A stretch of 64,000 nucleotides of DNA from Corallococcus coralloides DSM 2259 (GTDB lineage Bacteria; Myxococcota; Myxococcia; Myxococcales; Myxococcaceae): assembly GCF_000255295.1 (NCBI RefSeq), contig NC_017030.1, positions 6,166,328 to 6,230,327 of the forward strand. The letters run 5' to 3'. Position numbers and translations under genes: made by a program. Below the pieces are notes generated by a model. It was not told where the DNA came from, searched no databases, and saw only the letters and a list, made by a program, of their open reading frames with translations. Of the stretch, positions 15,724 through 25,375 are shown piece after piece (within the stretch, counting starts at the first letter, position 1; every line of letters starts with the position of its first letter).

Positions 15724-18408
15724 TCACCGGGCGCGGAGGAACGCCTTGACGCTCGGGGACTGGAGCTTCTGGGACTCGATGCACAGCCGGATGGACTCCA
15801 GGGCCCGGGTGAGCGCGCGTGGACCGCCTTCGATCTTGTCCACGCGGGGCGAGAGGAACGTCTCCACCTGCGCCAGGTGGATGTCATCGCAGAGGCTCCC
15901 CGTCTGACCAATCAGCCGGCCCAGCTCATCCGAGCGCAGCCGCTGCGTCAGCGCATCGAAGTGCGTCTGGTAGAAGTTCCACGCCAGCGACTGCGACTCC
16001 GGCGACATCAAAGCCATCCGGAGGATGACCTGCGAGTCCCGCACGTCGAAGTCCGGCGATACCACCAGCCCCAGCGCCCGCCACAGCAGGTCCGGGTTCC
16101 GGAAGTAGGCCAGCGACGTCAGCAGCCGGGACCGCTCGGTGCGGTCCTGTTCCTTCTTCGCCGCCTCCAGCAGCGCGTCGAACAGCGCCGCATCGCCGTG
16201 CGTCGCGGCTCGGGGCAGCGCGGCACTGAACGCCTCCGGATCCACCGACTTCCGGTCCGCCAGCCATGTGCGCACCAGGGGCAGCGATTCCTTCACCAGC
16301 CGAGGGTCATCGCCCAGACCGCCGGCCAGCCGGAGGAACAGGGAGCGCGAGTCCTTCACGGAGTCGTCCTCGCCCGGCTTCGGCCCCCAGCCCATGGCAT
16401 GTGCGCGCGCCGAGTAGAGCGACGCCACCCACGCGCGGAAGCGCTGACGCTCCTCGGGCGTGAGCTGATCCAGGCGCACGAGTTCCAGCAGCGAGGCGGC
16501 GCTCTGCACCACGAGCCGGTTCGGCGATTTCGCGGAGGCAGGCACCGCCTTCAGCGCCTCCCCCAGCGGCAGGTCGCCCCGGGTCACCGCCGCATCCACA
16601 TCCGCCCAGAGCGCCACCTGCTCCGCGGGAGTGAAGGCGGCGACCGGGGTCGCGAGTAGCTTCGTCAACTGCTCGCGGGTGTAGCCGCTGCGGTAGTAAC
16701 CCGTGCCGCCCGCGTTGAGCAGCACCCACGCCGGGCACTGCTTCGTGGGCAATGCGACCTCCGCCGAGGGCCCCTGCAACATCGAGCACACCCGCGACGA
16801 CTGCGTGCCCGTGCCCACGCGAAGACACACGGGCACCTGCCACTCCTGCCGCGAGTCCGCCTTGGAGCCCACGGGCAGGTAACGCTCCTGGGACAGCTTC
16901 ACGGACGGAGCGCCGCCCGCCGGGCACGACAGCTGCGCGGTGATCCGAGGCGCACCGGTCCGCTCGATGAACCCGCCGAAGGACTGCGCCACCTCCGGCC
17001 CCGCCGCCTGGGACAGGTCCGCGAGGAAGTCCTCCATCGTCGCGACCTTCCACTCGTGCTTGCGGACATAGCCCCGGAGGAAGTCGCGGAAGCGCTCCGG
17101 CCCCAGCCAGGCCTCGTACATGGCGATGACGGACGAGCCCTTGTCATACGTCGTCCCGTTGTCGAACGAGCCGACGATGTCGTCATTGCTCTCCACCGGC
17201 TTGCGCACGGGCAGCGCTGACGCCAATTCATCCGACGCCAGCGCGGAGCGGGTCGCGAACATGGCGCGCTCCTGCTGGTAGTCCCAGGACGGCTCCAGCC
17301 GGTCCACGGTCTGGCGGTCCAGCCAGGCAGTGAAGGACTCGTTCAGCCAGATGTCGTTCCACCAGGAGCAGGTGACGACGTCACCGAACCAGTAGTGGCC
17401 CAGCTCATGGTTGGCGATGACCGCGTACGACTTACGGCGGGCCAGCGTCTCCTCGCCGGGCGGAATGAGCGTGAGCGGCTGCCCGAGCGCGACGAGGCCC
17501 GGGTGCTCCATGGTGCCCCAGTACCGGGGCACGACCGCGACATCGAGCTTCTCGTACGGATACGGCTGGTCGAAGAAGTCCTCCAGGCCCTTCACGATGC
17601 GAGGCGTGATGCTCGCGGCGTAGCGAGTCTCCGCGCCCCGGCCCTTGGGGACGACGAAGCGCAGCGGCACGTTCGTGCGGCCCACGGTGCCGGCCTCCAC
17701 CACGTCGAACGGCCCCACCATGAAGGCCACGAGGTAGCTGGGCATCGGCTTGCTTTCGGCGAAGGTGACGCGCTCCAGGCCGTCCGCCAGAGGCTCGCGC
17801 GACACGGCGGGATGATTGGCCAGCGCCACGTGCCCGGCCTTCACGGTGAAGCGCAGGCGCCACGGCACCTTGAAGGTCGGCTCATCGAAGCACGGGAAGG
17901 CGCGGCGCGCGTCGATGGGCTCGAAGAACGTGTAGAGGTAGGGCTCACCGCCCTCCTCCACCCCGTAGAGGCCCTGGCTGCGCTCGCGGTCCACCTTGCC
18001 GGTGAAGTCGAGCAGGAGCTGCGCCTTGCCCACCGGCAGCGCTTCCGGAAGGAGCAATCCCAGACGTCCTTCCGGCGCGGTGACAGGCTTCGCATCGAAC
18101 GTGCGGCCCGCCACGGTGACGCGAGCCCGCGTCACGTCCACGTCCTGAGCATGCAGCCACACCTGGCGCACGGGCTCGCGGACCTCCACGTCGATCGTGA
18201 CGCTGCCCGGATACGTGTCCTCCGAGGGCACGAGCTTCAGGTCCAACGCGTAGTGCACGGGCCGCACGGTGTCCGGCAACCGCAGCGCGGGAGGCAGGGC
18301 CTCCGGCCACGAAACAGCGGGCGGAGCGGAAGCACTCGGTGCGACCTCCGGCGCATGGGCACAGCGGACGGTCAACACCACCAGGGCGAGGAGTGGGAGC
18401 AGTCGCAT
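15724..18408 (-). CDS. pepN: M1-family aminopeptidase N (secreted)
   Basis: The zinc site matches HELGHYWFGDVV...NESFTAWL, which is HExxH-x18-E. A GAMEN-like region is upstream. There is a signal peptide, MRLLPLLALVVLTVRCAHA. Confidence 0.9.
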   Translation of the reverse strand: MRLLPLLALVVLTVRCAHAPEVAPSASAPPAVSWPEALPPALRLPDTVRPVHYALDLKLVPSEDTYPGSVTIDVEVREPVRQVWLHAQDVDVTRARVTVAGRTFDAKPVTAPEGRLGLLLPEALPVGKAQLLLDFTGKVDRERSQGLYGVEEGGEPYLYTFFEPIDARRAFPCFDEPTFKVPWRLRFTVKAGHVALANHPAVSREPLADGLERVTFAESKPMPSYLVAFMVGPFDVVEAGTVGRTNVPLRFVVPKGRGAETRYAASITPRIVKGLEDFFDQPYPYEKLDVAVVPRYWGTMEHPGLVALGQPLTLIPPGEETLARRKSYAVIANHELGHYWFGDVVTCSWWNDIWLNESFTAWLDRQTVDRLEPSWDYQQERAMFATRSALASDELASALPVRKPVESNDDIVGSFDNGTTYDKGSSVIAMYEAWLGPERFRDFLRGYVRKHEWKVATMEDFLADLSQAAGPEVAQSFGGFIERTGAPRITAQLSCPAGGAPSVKLSQERYLPVGSKADSRQEWQVPVCLRVGTGTQSSRVCSMLQGPSAEVALPTKQCPAWVLLNAGGTGYYRSGYTREQLTKLLATPVAAFTPAEQVALWADVDAAVTRGDLPLGEALKAVPASAKSPNRLVVQSAASLLELVRLDQLTPEERQRFRAWVASLYSARAHAMGWGPKPGEDDSVKDSRSLFLRLAGGLGDDPRLVKESLPLVRTWLADRKSVDPEAFSAALPRAATHGDAALFDALLEAAKKEQDRTERSRLLTSLAYFRNPDLLWRALGLVVSPDFDVRDSQVILRMALMSPESQSLAWNFYQTHFDALTQRLRSDELGRLIGQTGSLCDDIHLAQVETFLSPRVDKIEGGPRALTRALESIRLCIESQKLQSPSVKAFLRAR

Positions 18409-18570
18409 GGGGGCGCAGCCTAGACCATGCGCGAGTCGTGCACCGTGCCTACGTCTCGACCCGCACCCACAGCAGTCTCGAGATGTCTCCAAGTCCGTGA
18501 ATCAGTGCTTCCAATCCCGGGAGCCGCTACGGTCGAGATCCCCCCGTTTCAGCTACAAGCCGAGGAAAAC

Positions 18571-19206
18571 ATGTTTCATCGCAGCAACGGCCTCCCCTCT
18601 CTCTTCGTGTCCTTGCTTTTCGTCGTGGGTTTCGCGTCGTCGGCCAGCGCTGACACCTACCAGACCTACGTGGTGCCCACGGTCAATGGCTTTCAGATTG
18701 GCACCATCCTTCCCAACCAGCCCACCGGGAACTTCAGCAGCGCCGCGGACACTGCCCGCCGCTTCTGTCAGGACCAGGGCCACACCGGCGCGCAAAGCTT
18801 CATCACCGCCATCCGCGGCTCCTCGTACACGTACATCATTGGCACGAATGGCGTGGGCCCCTGGAACACCACCGGCAACTCCAACGTGACCATGCTGGAG
18901 AGCATCACCTGCGTCACCTCCACTTCCACCTCCCCCTCGGACGTCACGTACACGACGCCGACGGTGAACGGCTTCCAGATCGGCACCATCCAGCCCAATC
19001 AACCCACCGGCAACTTCAGCACGCCGGGGGATACCGCCCGCCGCTTCTGCCAGGACCTGGGCCACGTCAACGTGCGCAGCATCACCACCTCCATCCGCGG
19101 CTCCGCCTACACGTACATCGTGGGCACGAACGGCGTGGGGAACTGGAACACCACCGGCAACGCCGACGTGACCATGCTCGAAACCGTCACCTGCATCACC
19201 TGGTAG
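18571..19206 (+). CDS. Secreted protein made of two tandem ~100-aa repeats (unknown domain, 2 Cys per repeat)
   Basis: There is a signal peptide, then two near-identical repeats of TVNGFQIGTIxPNQPTGNFSxxxDTARRFCQDxGH...IRGSxYTYIxGTNGVGxWNTTGNxxVTMLExxTCxT. Confidence 0.6.
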   Translation: MFHRSNGLPSLFVSLLFVVGFASSASADTYQTYVVPTVNGFQIGTILPNQPTGNFSSAADTARRFCQDQGHTGAQSFITAIRGSSYTYIIGTNGVGPWNTTGNSNVTMLESITCVTSTSTSPSDVTYTTPTVNGFQIGTIQPNQPTGNFSTPGDTARRFCQDLGHVNVRSITTSIRGSAYTYIVGTNGVGNWNTTGNADVTMLETVTCITW

Positions 19207-19366
19207 CCCCCGCATGGACGAGGGGAGCCCACGCGGCTCCCCTCCGCAGGGTATTCATAGACCCCGATCGGGTTTGGACAGACTCCCCAGAATCTCACAA
19301 CATGTCTGTCTTCATGTTTTCAACCTGATAGATCGCCCCTTCCTCTCGCTGCGCCAGGAAGGTGCG

Positions 19367-21712
19367 ATGCGTCGACAAGGCACACTGTCTCGGGTTTTGT
19401 TTTGCGCTTTAATCAGTGCTGTCATTTCTGTCACGGCTTGTGACCACGGCAGCGAACCGGAGCGGGAGACCGGCAACGTCCGGTTCGTCAGCGCGGTGCC
19501 CCAGGCGCTCGCGGGCGATGAGATCACCCGCGTGACCGTCACGCTGACGGCGTCCGGCGTGCCTTCCGCCACCACCGTGCTCACCAAGGGCACGGATGGA
19601 TGGAGCGGCACCATGTACCAGGTTCCCGCTGGCACCCAGCGCACCTTCACCGCGGAGGCCTTCGCCGCGGACGGGGCCCTGCGCTACCGGGGCGTGGCCT
19701 CGGACGTCACCATCACCGCGGGCGCCACCTCCATCGTGGCCATCACCCTCCAGGCGCTGGATGTCCCGGGCCCCTTCGACAACTCGGCCCCGTGCATCGA
19801 CTCGCTCGTGGCGTCCGCGAGCACCGTCCTCCCCGGGGGCACCATCTCCCTCCAGGCCACGGCGCATGATCCGGACGCGTCCGATTCCATCACGTACGCC
19901 TGGACGGCGGCGGAGGGCACCTTCGGCTCGCCCACGCTCACGTCGACGACCTGGACGGCCCCCTCGACCCCGGGCGTCTACGCGCTGACGCTGACCGTCA
20001 CCGACTCGCGCGGCGCCACGGCGACCATCCGCATCGACATCACCGTCATCTCCAAGGACGGCGGCACCACGGCCGGCACCGCGGAGGTGTCCGTCACGTT
20101 CAACATCTCCCCCGCCGTCACCCGCGTCACCGCGTCCCGCTCTCCCGTGCCCGTGGGCCAGAGCACCACCGTCACCGCGGACGTGACGGACCCGGACGGC
20201 GACGCGCTGACCTACCAGTGGGCCGCGTCCTGCGCGGGCACCTGGACGGATGACACCTCCAACATCGCCTCCTTCACCCCGACCGCCGTGCCCGCTGGCG
20301 ACGCGTGCGGCAACTGCGCGCTCACCGTCACCGTGAAGGACCCGAAGGGCGGACAGACGCAGGGCACCCTGCGCATCTGCGTGGGCGACGGCGCGAGCGC
20401 CAACGTTCCCCCGCGCATCGTCCTCGCGCACCAGAGCAGCGCGTCCGTGGTGGGCGACAACACCGTGACGTTCCGCGTCCTCGCCGAGGACGGCAACGGT
20501 GGCGCCCTCACCTTCAACTGGGCCTCGAGCACCGGCACGCTGGCGACGCCCGTGTCGGGCTTCACCTCCAGCGAGGTCTCCTGGAAGGCCCCCACCTGCG
20601 CGCCCACGGGCGGGAACGCGACCGTCACCGCCACCGTCACCAACGCGCAGGGCTTCTCCGCGTCCCAGGCCTTCACCGTGGCGGTGCAGAACGCCCCCGC
20701 GTGCACGCCGCCCACGACCGTGGCGCGCTGGGACCTCACGGCCAGCCTGACGCAGCGCCGCTTCGGCGCGAGCCTCATCACCCTGCCCTCCGGGAAGATC
20801 CTCGTCTTCGGCGGGACGGTGAGCTCCAACCCCATCCTGGGCACCGCGGAGCTCTACGATCCCGCGACGGCCACCTGGTCCTCCGCCGGCACGATGGGCA
20901 CCTCCCACTACAACCCCGCCGTGACGCTGCTGCCCTCCGGCAAGGTCATGGTCACGGGCGGCTTCGCGTCGTACCCGGCCACCACCCCGCTGCGCGCCGT
21001 GGAGTTCTACGACCCCGCCACCAACACCTGGACGGCCGGCCCTCAGATGGCCTATGCGCGAGGAGCCCACACCACGACCCTGCTGCCCTCCGGCAAGGTC
21101 CTGGCCGTCGGCGGCGTCAATTCCGGCGACAGCGTCAGCAACCGCGTCGTGGAGCTCTACGACCCCGCCACGAACAACTGGGTACCGGTCGCGAGCCCGA
21201 CTCACCCCCGGTCGAGCCACCGCGCGGTGCTGCTGCCCTCGGGAAAGGTGCTCGTCGTGGGCGGTAGCTTGCCGGCGGAGATCTACGATCCGTCCAACAA
21301 CACCTGGAGCATCGCCACCGGCCTGACGACGCGGACCTTCACGGATGCCTTCCTCCAGCCGTCTGGCAAGGTCGTCCTGGTAGACGGGACGCTGGTCGCG
21401 ACGTACGACCCGGTGCTCAACGTCCAGGCCACGCTGGGACACTTCACCTACGAGCGCGCCAACTCCTCCCTGGTCCAGCTGAACTCCGGCAAGCTGCTGC
21501 TCGCGGGCGGCAATTCCACGTTGGGCCTGACGACGGAGGTCTTCGACCTGGCGACGGGCACTTCCGCGTTCTCCACCAGCATGGCGTCCAACCGCTACTC
21601 CATGGCCGCCACCGTGCTGCCCAACGGCAAGGTGCTCTTCATCGGGGGCTATGACCGGGACACCCCCGGGAGCGTCAGCGCCGTGCTCGTCTACACGCCC
21701 GCGAGCCCCTGA
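19367..21712 (+). CDS. Lipoprotein with PKD/Ig-like repeats and C-terminal Kelch-type beta-propeller
   Basis: A lipobox is present, ISVTAC. PKD-like segments match ITYAWTAAEGTF...GVYALTLTVTDSRGATATIRIDITV. There are at least 5 Kelch-like blades, LLPSGKVxVxGG...ELYDPATNxW. Confidence 0.7.
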   Translation: MRRQGTLSRVLFCALISAVISVTACDHGSEPERETGNVRFVSAVPQALAGDEITRVTVTLTASGVPSATTVLTKGTDGWSGTMYQVPAGTQRTFTAEAFAADGALRYRGVASDVTITAGATSIVAITLQALDVPGPFDNSAPCIDSLVASASTVLPGGTISLQATAHDPDASDSITYAWTAAEGTFGSPTLTSTTWTAPSTPGVYALTLTVTDSRGATATIRIDITVISKDGGTTAGTAEVSVTFNISPAVTRVTASRSPVPVGQSTTVTADVTDPDGDALTYQWAASCAGTWTDDTSNIASFTPTAVPAGDACGNCALTVTVKDPKGGQTQGTLRICVGDGASANVPPRIVLAHQSSASVVGDNTVTFRVLAEDGNGGALTFNWASSTGTLATPVSGFTSSEVSWKAPTCAPTGGNATVTATVTNAQGFSASQAFTVAVQNAPACTPPTTVARWDLTASLTQRRFGASLITLPSGKILVFGGTVSSNPILGTAELYDPATATWSSAGTMGTSHYNPAVTLLPSGKVMVTGGFASYPATTPLRAVEFYDPATNTWTAGPQMAYARGAHTTTLLPSGKVLAVGGVNSGDSVSNRVVELYDPATNNWVPVASPTHPRSSHRAVLLPSGKVLVVGGSLPAEIYDPSNNTWSIATGLTTRTFTDAFLQPSGKVVLVDGTLVATYDPVLNVQATLGHFTYERANSSLVQLNSGKLLLAGGNSTLGLTTEVFDLATGTSAFSTSMASNRYSMAATVLPNGKVLFIGGYDRDTPGSVSAVLVYTPASP

Positions 21713-21810
21713 AGGCCGCCTGAAACTCCGCTGAAGCTCTGTCGACGAGCGGCCGGTCCCAGCCGGGTCCGGCCGCTCCGGGCATTGCGGCGCCCCGCGT
21801 TTGAGCGAGG

Positions 21811-22641
21811 ATGCGGCCCATGTCCAACCTCCAAGGCAAGACCCTCTTCATCACCGGCGCCAGCCGCGGCATCGGCAAGGCCATCGCGCTGCGCGCGGCC
21901 CGTGACGGCGCCAACATCGTCATCGCCGCGAAAACCACGGACCCGCACCCCAAGCTGCCCGGCACCATCTACACGGCGGCGAAGGAGATTGAAGAGGCCG
22001 GCGGCAAGGCGCTCCCCTGCGTGGTGGACATCCGCGACGAGGCGCAGATCCACGCCGCCGTCGCCAAGGCCGTGGAGACCTTCGGCGGCATCGACATCCT
22101 GGTGAACAACGCCAGCGCCATCAGCCTCACCGGCACGCTGGACACGCCGCTCAAGCGCTTCGACCTGATGCACGGCATCAACACGCGCGGCACCTTCGCG
22201 TGCTCGCAGGCGTGCATCCCGTACCTCAAGAAGTCCTCCAACCCGCACATCCTCAACAACTCGCCGCCGCTCAACATGGAGCCGCGCTGGTTCGGCCCGC
22301 ACGTGGCCTACACCATCGCCAAGTACGGCATGAGCCTGTGCGCGCTGGGCATGGCGGAGGAGCTCAAGGACGACGGCATCGCCGTCAATACGCTGTGGCC
22401 CCGCACCGTCATCGCCACCGCCGCCGTGCAGAACCTGCTGGGCGGTGACGACACCATCAAGGGCAGCCGCACGCCGGAGATCATGGCGGACGCCGCGTAC
22501 ACCATCCTCACCAAGCCCAGCCGCTCCTTCACCGGCAACTTCTGCATCGACGATGAAGTGCTGCGCGCCGCCGGCATCACCGACCTGGACAAGTACCAGT
22601 CCGTCCCCGGCGCGGAGCTGCTGCCCGACTTCTTCCTCTAG
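21811..22641 (+). CDS. SDR-family short-chain dehydrogenase/reductase
   Basis: The NAD(P)-binding motif is TLFITGASRGIGKAIA. NNAS is present, and the catalytic YxxxK is YTIAK. Confidence 0.85.
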   Translation: MRPMSNLQGKTLFITGASRGIGKAIALRAARDGANIVIAAKTTDPHPKLPGTIYTAAKEIEEAGGKALPCVVDIRDEAQIHAAVAKAVETFGGIDILVNNASAISLTGTLDTPLKRFDLMHGINTRGTFACSQACIPYLKKSSNPHILNNSPPLNMEPRWFGPHVAYTIAKYGMSLCALGMAEELKDDGIAVNTLWPRTVIATAAVQNLLGGDDTIKGSRTPEIMADAAYTILTKPSRSFTGNFCIDDEVLRAAGITDLDKYQSVPGAELLPDFFL

Positions 22642-22656
22642 CGCGCCTCAGGCCCC

Positions 22657-23577
22657 ATGCCCCCGCGCAAGCTCCAGCGACACCTGGTCTGGCTCGAGTC
22701 CTTCACCGCCGCCGTGGAGGCCGGCAGCATCGACGCCGCCGCGGAGCACCTGGGCGTCGCCCGCTCCGTCGTGAGCGAGCACATCCGCGCCCTGGAGGAA
22801 GCGCTCGCGGATGGCGCCGCCCTGCTGGAGCGGGGGCCGGGCCGGCGCCTGCAACTGTCCGCGCGCGGCGAGCGCCTCTACGCGGGCACCCAGACGCCGC
22901 TGCACCAGCTGGACGTGAAGCGGCTGATGGACCTGGCCCGCGTGGAGCCCACCCTGCGCCTGGGCCTCAACCCCACGCTGTCCATGTCGCTGCTGGGCGG
23001 CATCGCGCAGGACGCCGCCGCCACCGACCTCAAGCTGGTGGTGGGCTTCGGTGGCTCGCACGAGCTCATGCGGCAGGTGCAGACGCGGCAGCAGGACCTG
23101 GTGCTCGACTTCACCCCCCTGCCCCCGCACGAGGGCGTGGACACCGAGTCCCTGCTGCGCATGTCCTTCGTCGTCATCGCGGGGCCCGACTCCGCGCTCG
23201 CCCGGGCGCACCCCTCCCGCCGCTCGCTGGACGTGAAGGACCTCCAGGGCCAGCGCTTCGTGGACTGGCTGAGGGACGACCCCTACGGCGGCGCCAACAG
23301 CGCGCGCTTCGCCGAACACGGCGTGTCCGTCACCGAGGTCGGCCGCGTGGAGAGCTTCCTCCACCTCTACGAGCTGCTGCGCGCCTACAAGGCCTGCACC
23401 ATCGCCCCCGACGTGCGCCCCACCCAGCCGTTCCCGCCCGACCTGCACGTCTGGCCCCTGCGCGAGCAGGAGCCCCAGGTCGTGGAGGTGGTGGCGCTGT
23501 GGCCCTCCGGCGGCCTCAGCCCCGCGGTCCAGGCCATCCTTGACGGGGTGCGTCGCCGCCTGAACAAACGGCGATAA
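22657..23577 (+). CDS. LysR-family transcriptional regulator
   Basis: An N-terminal LysR HTH is present, LESFTAAVEAGSIDAAAEHLGVARSVVSEHIRALEE. A roughly 200-aa substrate-binding domain follows. Confidence 0.8.
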   Translation: MPPRKLQRHLVWLESFTAAVEAGSIDAAAEHLGVARSVVSEHIRALEEALADGAALLERGPGRRLQLSARGERLYAGTQTPLHQLDVKRLMDLARVEPTLRLGLNPTLSMSLLGGIAQDAAATDLKLVVGFGGSHELMRQVQTRQQDLVLDFTPLPPHEGVDTESLLRMSFVVIAGPDSALARAHPSRRSLDVKDLQGQRFVDWLRDDPYGGANSARFAEHGVSVTEVGRVESFLHLYELLRAYKACTIAPDVRPTQPFPPDLHVWPLREQEPQVVEVVALWPSGGLSPAVQAILDGVRRRLNKRR

Positions 23578-23670
23578 TCCGACGAAGACGTCGAATTCTG
23601 CCGGATTTCCGTCTTGCAGTGCGGTGCGTATTCTTCAGGAGTCCTGTTTCTCTTGAAGGAGCCGCCCGCG

Positions 23671-25266
23671 ATGACGCCCACGGAACGGACCATTGCCCGC
23701 CTTCCCGCCCACCTGCGCCGCTACGTGGTGAGCCAGGACTACGCGGCGTACACGCCCCGGGATCAGGCGGTGTGGCGGCACATCCTGGGGCAGCTGCGCG
23801 AGCACCTGAGCGACAAGGCCCACCCCGTCTACCTGGAGGGCCTGGAGGCCACGGGCATTGGCGCGGAGGCCATCCCCAGCCTGGACGAGATGAACGAGAA
23901 GCTGTCCAAGCTGGGCTGGGCCTGCGTGGCGGTGCGCGGCTTCATCCCGCCGGCCGTCTTCACGGAGCTGCAGGCGCTGGGCGTGCTGGCCATCGCGGCG
24001 GACATCCGCACGCACGAGCACATCCAGTACACGCCCGCGCCGGACATCGTCCATGAGAGCGCGGGCCACGCGCCCATCATCGCCAACGCGCGCTATGCCC
24101 AGTACCTCAAGGCCGTGGGGCTGGTGGGCTTCAAGGCCATCGCCAGCGTGGAAGACCAGGCCGTCTTCGAGGCCATCCGCAACCTCTCCGTGGTGAAGGA
24201 GGACCCCACCGCGACGGAAGAAGAAATCGCCCACGCCCAGGCCCGCCTGGAGGCCGCGAACGCCAGCCACCGCTACATCAGCGAGAGCACCCGCGCGAGC
24301 CGCCTGTACTGGTGGACCGCGGAGTACGGGCTGATTGGCGACCTGAAGCACCCGCGCATCTACGGCGCGGGCCTGCTGTCCAGCATCGGCGAGGCGCGGC
24401 ACTGCCTGACGTCCGCCGTGCACAAGCTGCCCCTGGGCGTGGCGTGCGCGGACACGGACTACGACATCACCCGCATGCAGCCGCAGCTCTTCGTGGCGCG
24501 CGACTTTGAACACCTCTTTGAAGTCCTGGCGGAGTTCGAGTCCACGCTCGCGTGGAAGCGCGGCGGGGACCACGGCCTGAACGAGGCGCTGCGCGCGCGC
24601 ACGGTGAACCACCTGGTGCTCGCGGACGGCCGCGAGGTGACGGGCAAGGTGGTGGAGCTGCTGCCCGCCGCGAAGGACGTGGCCCCGGGCCTGTCCACCG
24701 CGCTGGCCCGGCTGGAGGGCCCCATCCTCACGTCCGTGAACGGCCACGCCGTGGACAAGCCGTTCAGCGGCTCGGCGCTGGTCGCCTTTGGCCAGGGCAC
24801 CCTGCCGGAGCGCGGGAGCTTCCAGCTCACGCTCGACAGCGGGCTGGTGCTGGAGGGCTTCGCGGTGGGCGGCGGCGAGGTGATTGCCCTGCGCGGCACG
24901 CTGGCCGGCCAGGAGCTGACGCTCCCGTCCATGGCCCGCCTGTACCTGACGGAGCGGCTGCCGTCCGTGGCGGGCGGCCCCGCCGACCCGGGCACGTGGG
25001 ACGAGTGGTTCGGGGAGATGGACGCCTTCACCGCGGGCGACGGCGAGGCCCAGGCGCGCGAGCGCAAGGCGCAGGCCCTGCCCCCGTCGCTGGCCGCCCT
25101 CTACACGGAGGTGCGCCGCATCCGCGAGACGGGGCAGCTGGCCCCCGAGCGGCTGGAGCAGATCGCCCGGGCGAGCACCGACTTCCCGACCGACTGGCTC
25201 CTGCGCGCGGAGGTCGCGGAGCTGCGCGGCGAGGTGCCCGCGCGGCGCGAGGCGGCGCACGCTTAA
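23671..25266 (+). CDS. Biopterin-dependent aromatic amino acid hydroxylase-family protein with ~250-aa C-terminal extension
   Basis: The iron-binding region PDIVHESAGHAPIIANARYAQYLKAVG matches the AAAH consensus PDxxHExxGHxPxL...F. The protein is 531 aa, versus about 300 aa for bacterial PhhA. Confidence 0.6.
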   Translation: MTPTERTIARLPAHLRRYVVSQDYAAYTPRDQAVWRHILGQLREHLSDKAHPVYLEGLEATGIGAEAIPSLDEMNEKLSKLGWACVAVRGFIPPAVFTELQALGVLAIAADIRTHEHIQYTPAPDIVHESAGHAPIIANARYAQYLKAVGLVGFKAIASVEDQAVFEAIRNLSVVKEDPTATEEEIAHAQARLEAANASHRYISESTRASRLYWWTAEYGLIGDLKHPRIYGAGLLSSIGEARHCLTSAVHKLPLGVACADTDYDITRMQPQLFVARDFEHLFEVLAEFESTLAWKRGGDHGLNEALRARTVNHLVLADGREVTGKVVELLPAAKDVAPGLSTALARLEGPILTSVNGHAVDKPFSGSALVAFGQGTLPERGSFQLTLDSGLVLEGFAVGGGEVIALRGTLAGQELTLPSMARLYLTERLPSVAGGPADPGTWDEWFGEMDAFTAGDGEAQARERKAQALPPSLAALYTEVRRIRETGQLAPERLEQIARASTDFPTDWLLRAEVAELRGEVPARREAAHA

Positions 25267-25375
25267 GGGCCCGGCGCTTCGAATCACGGACGGCGGATGC
25301 GAAACGGCCCGGTCGACCTCCTCACGAGGTCGCCGGGCCGAATCACTTCCGGGGGGCGTCTTTTCCGCGCGGGGC

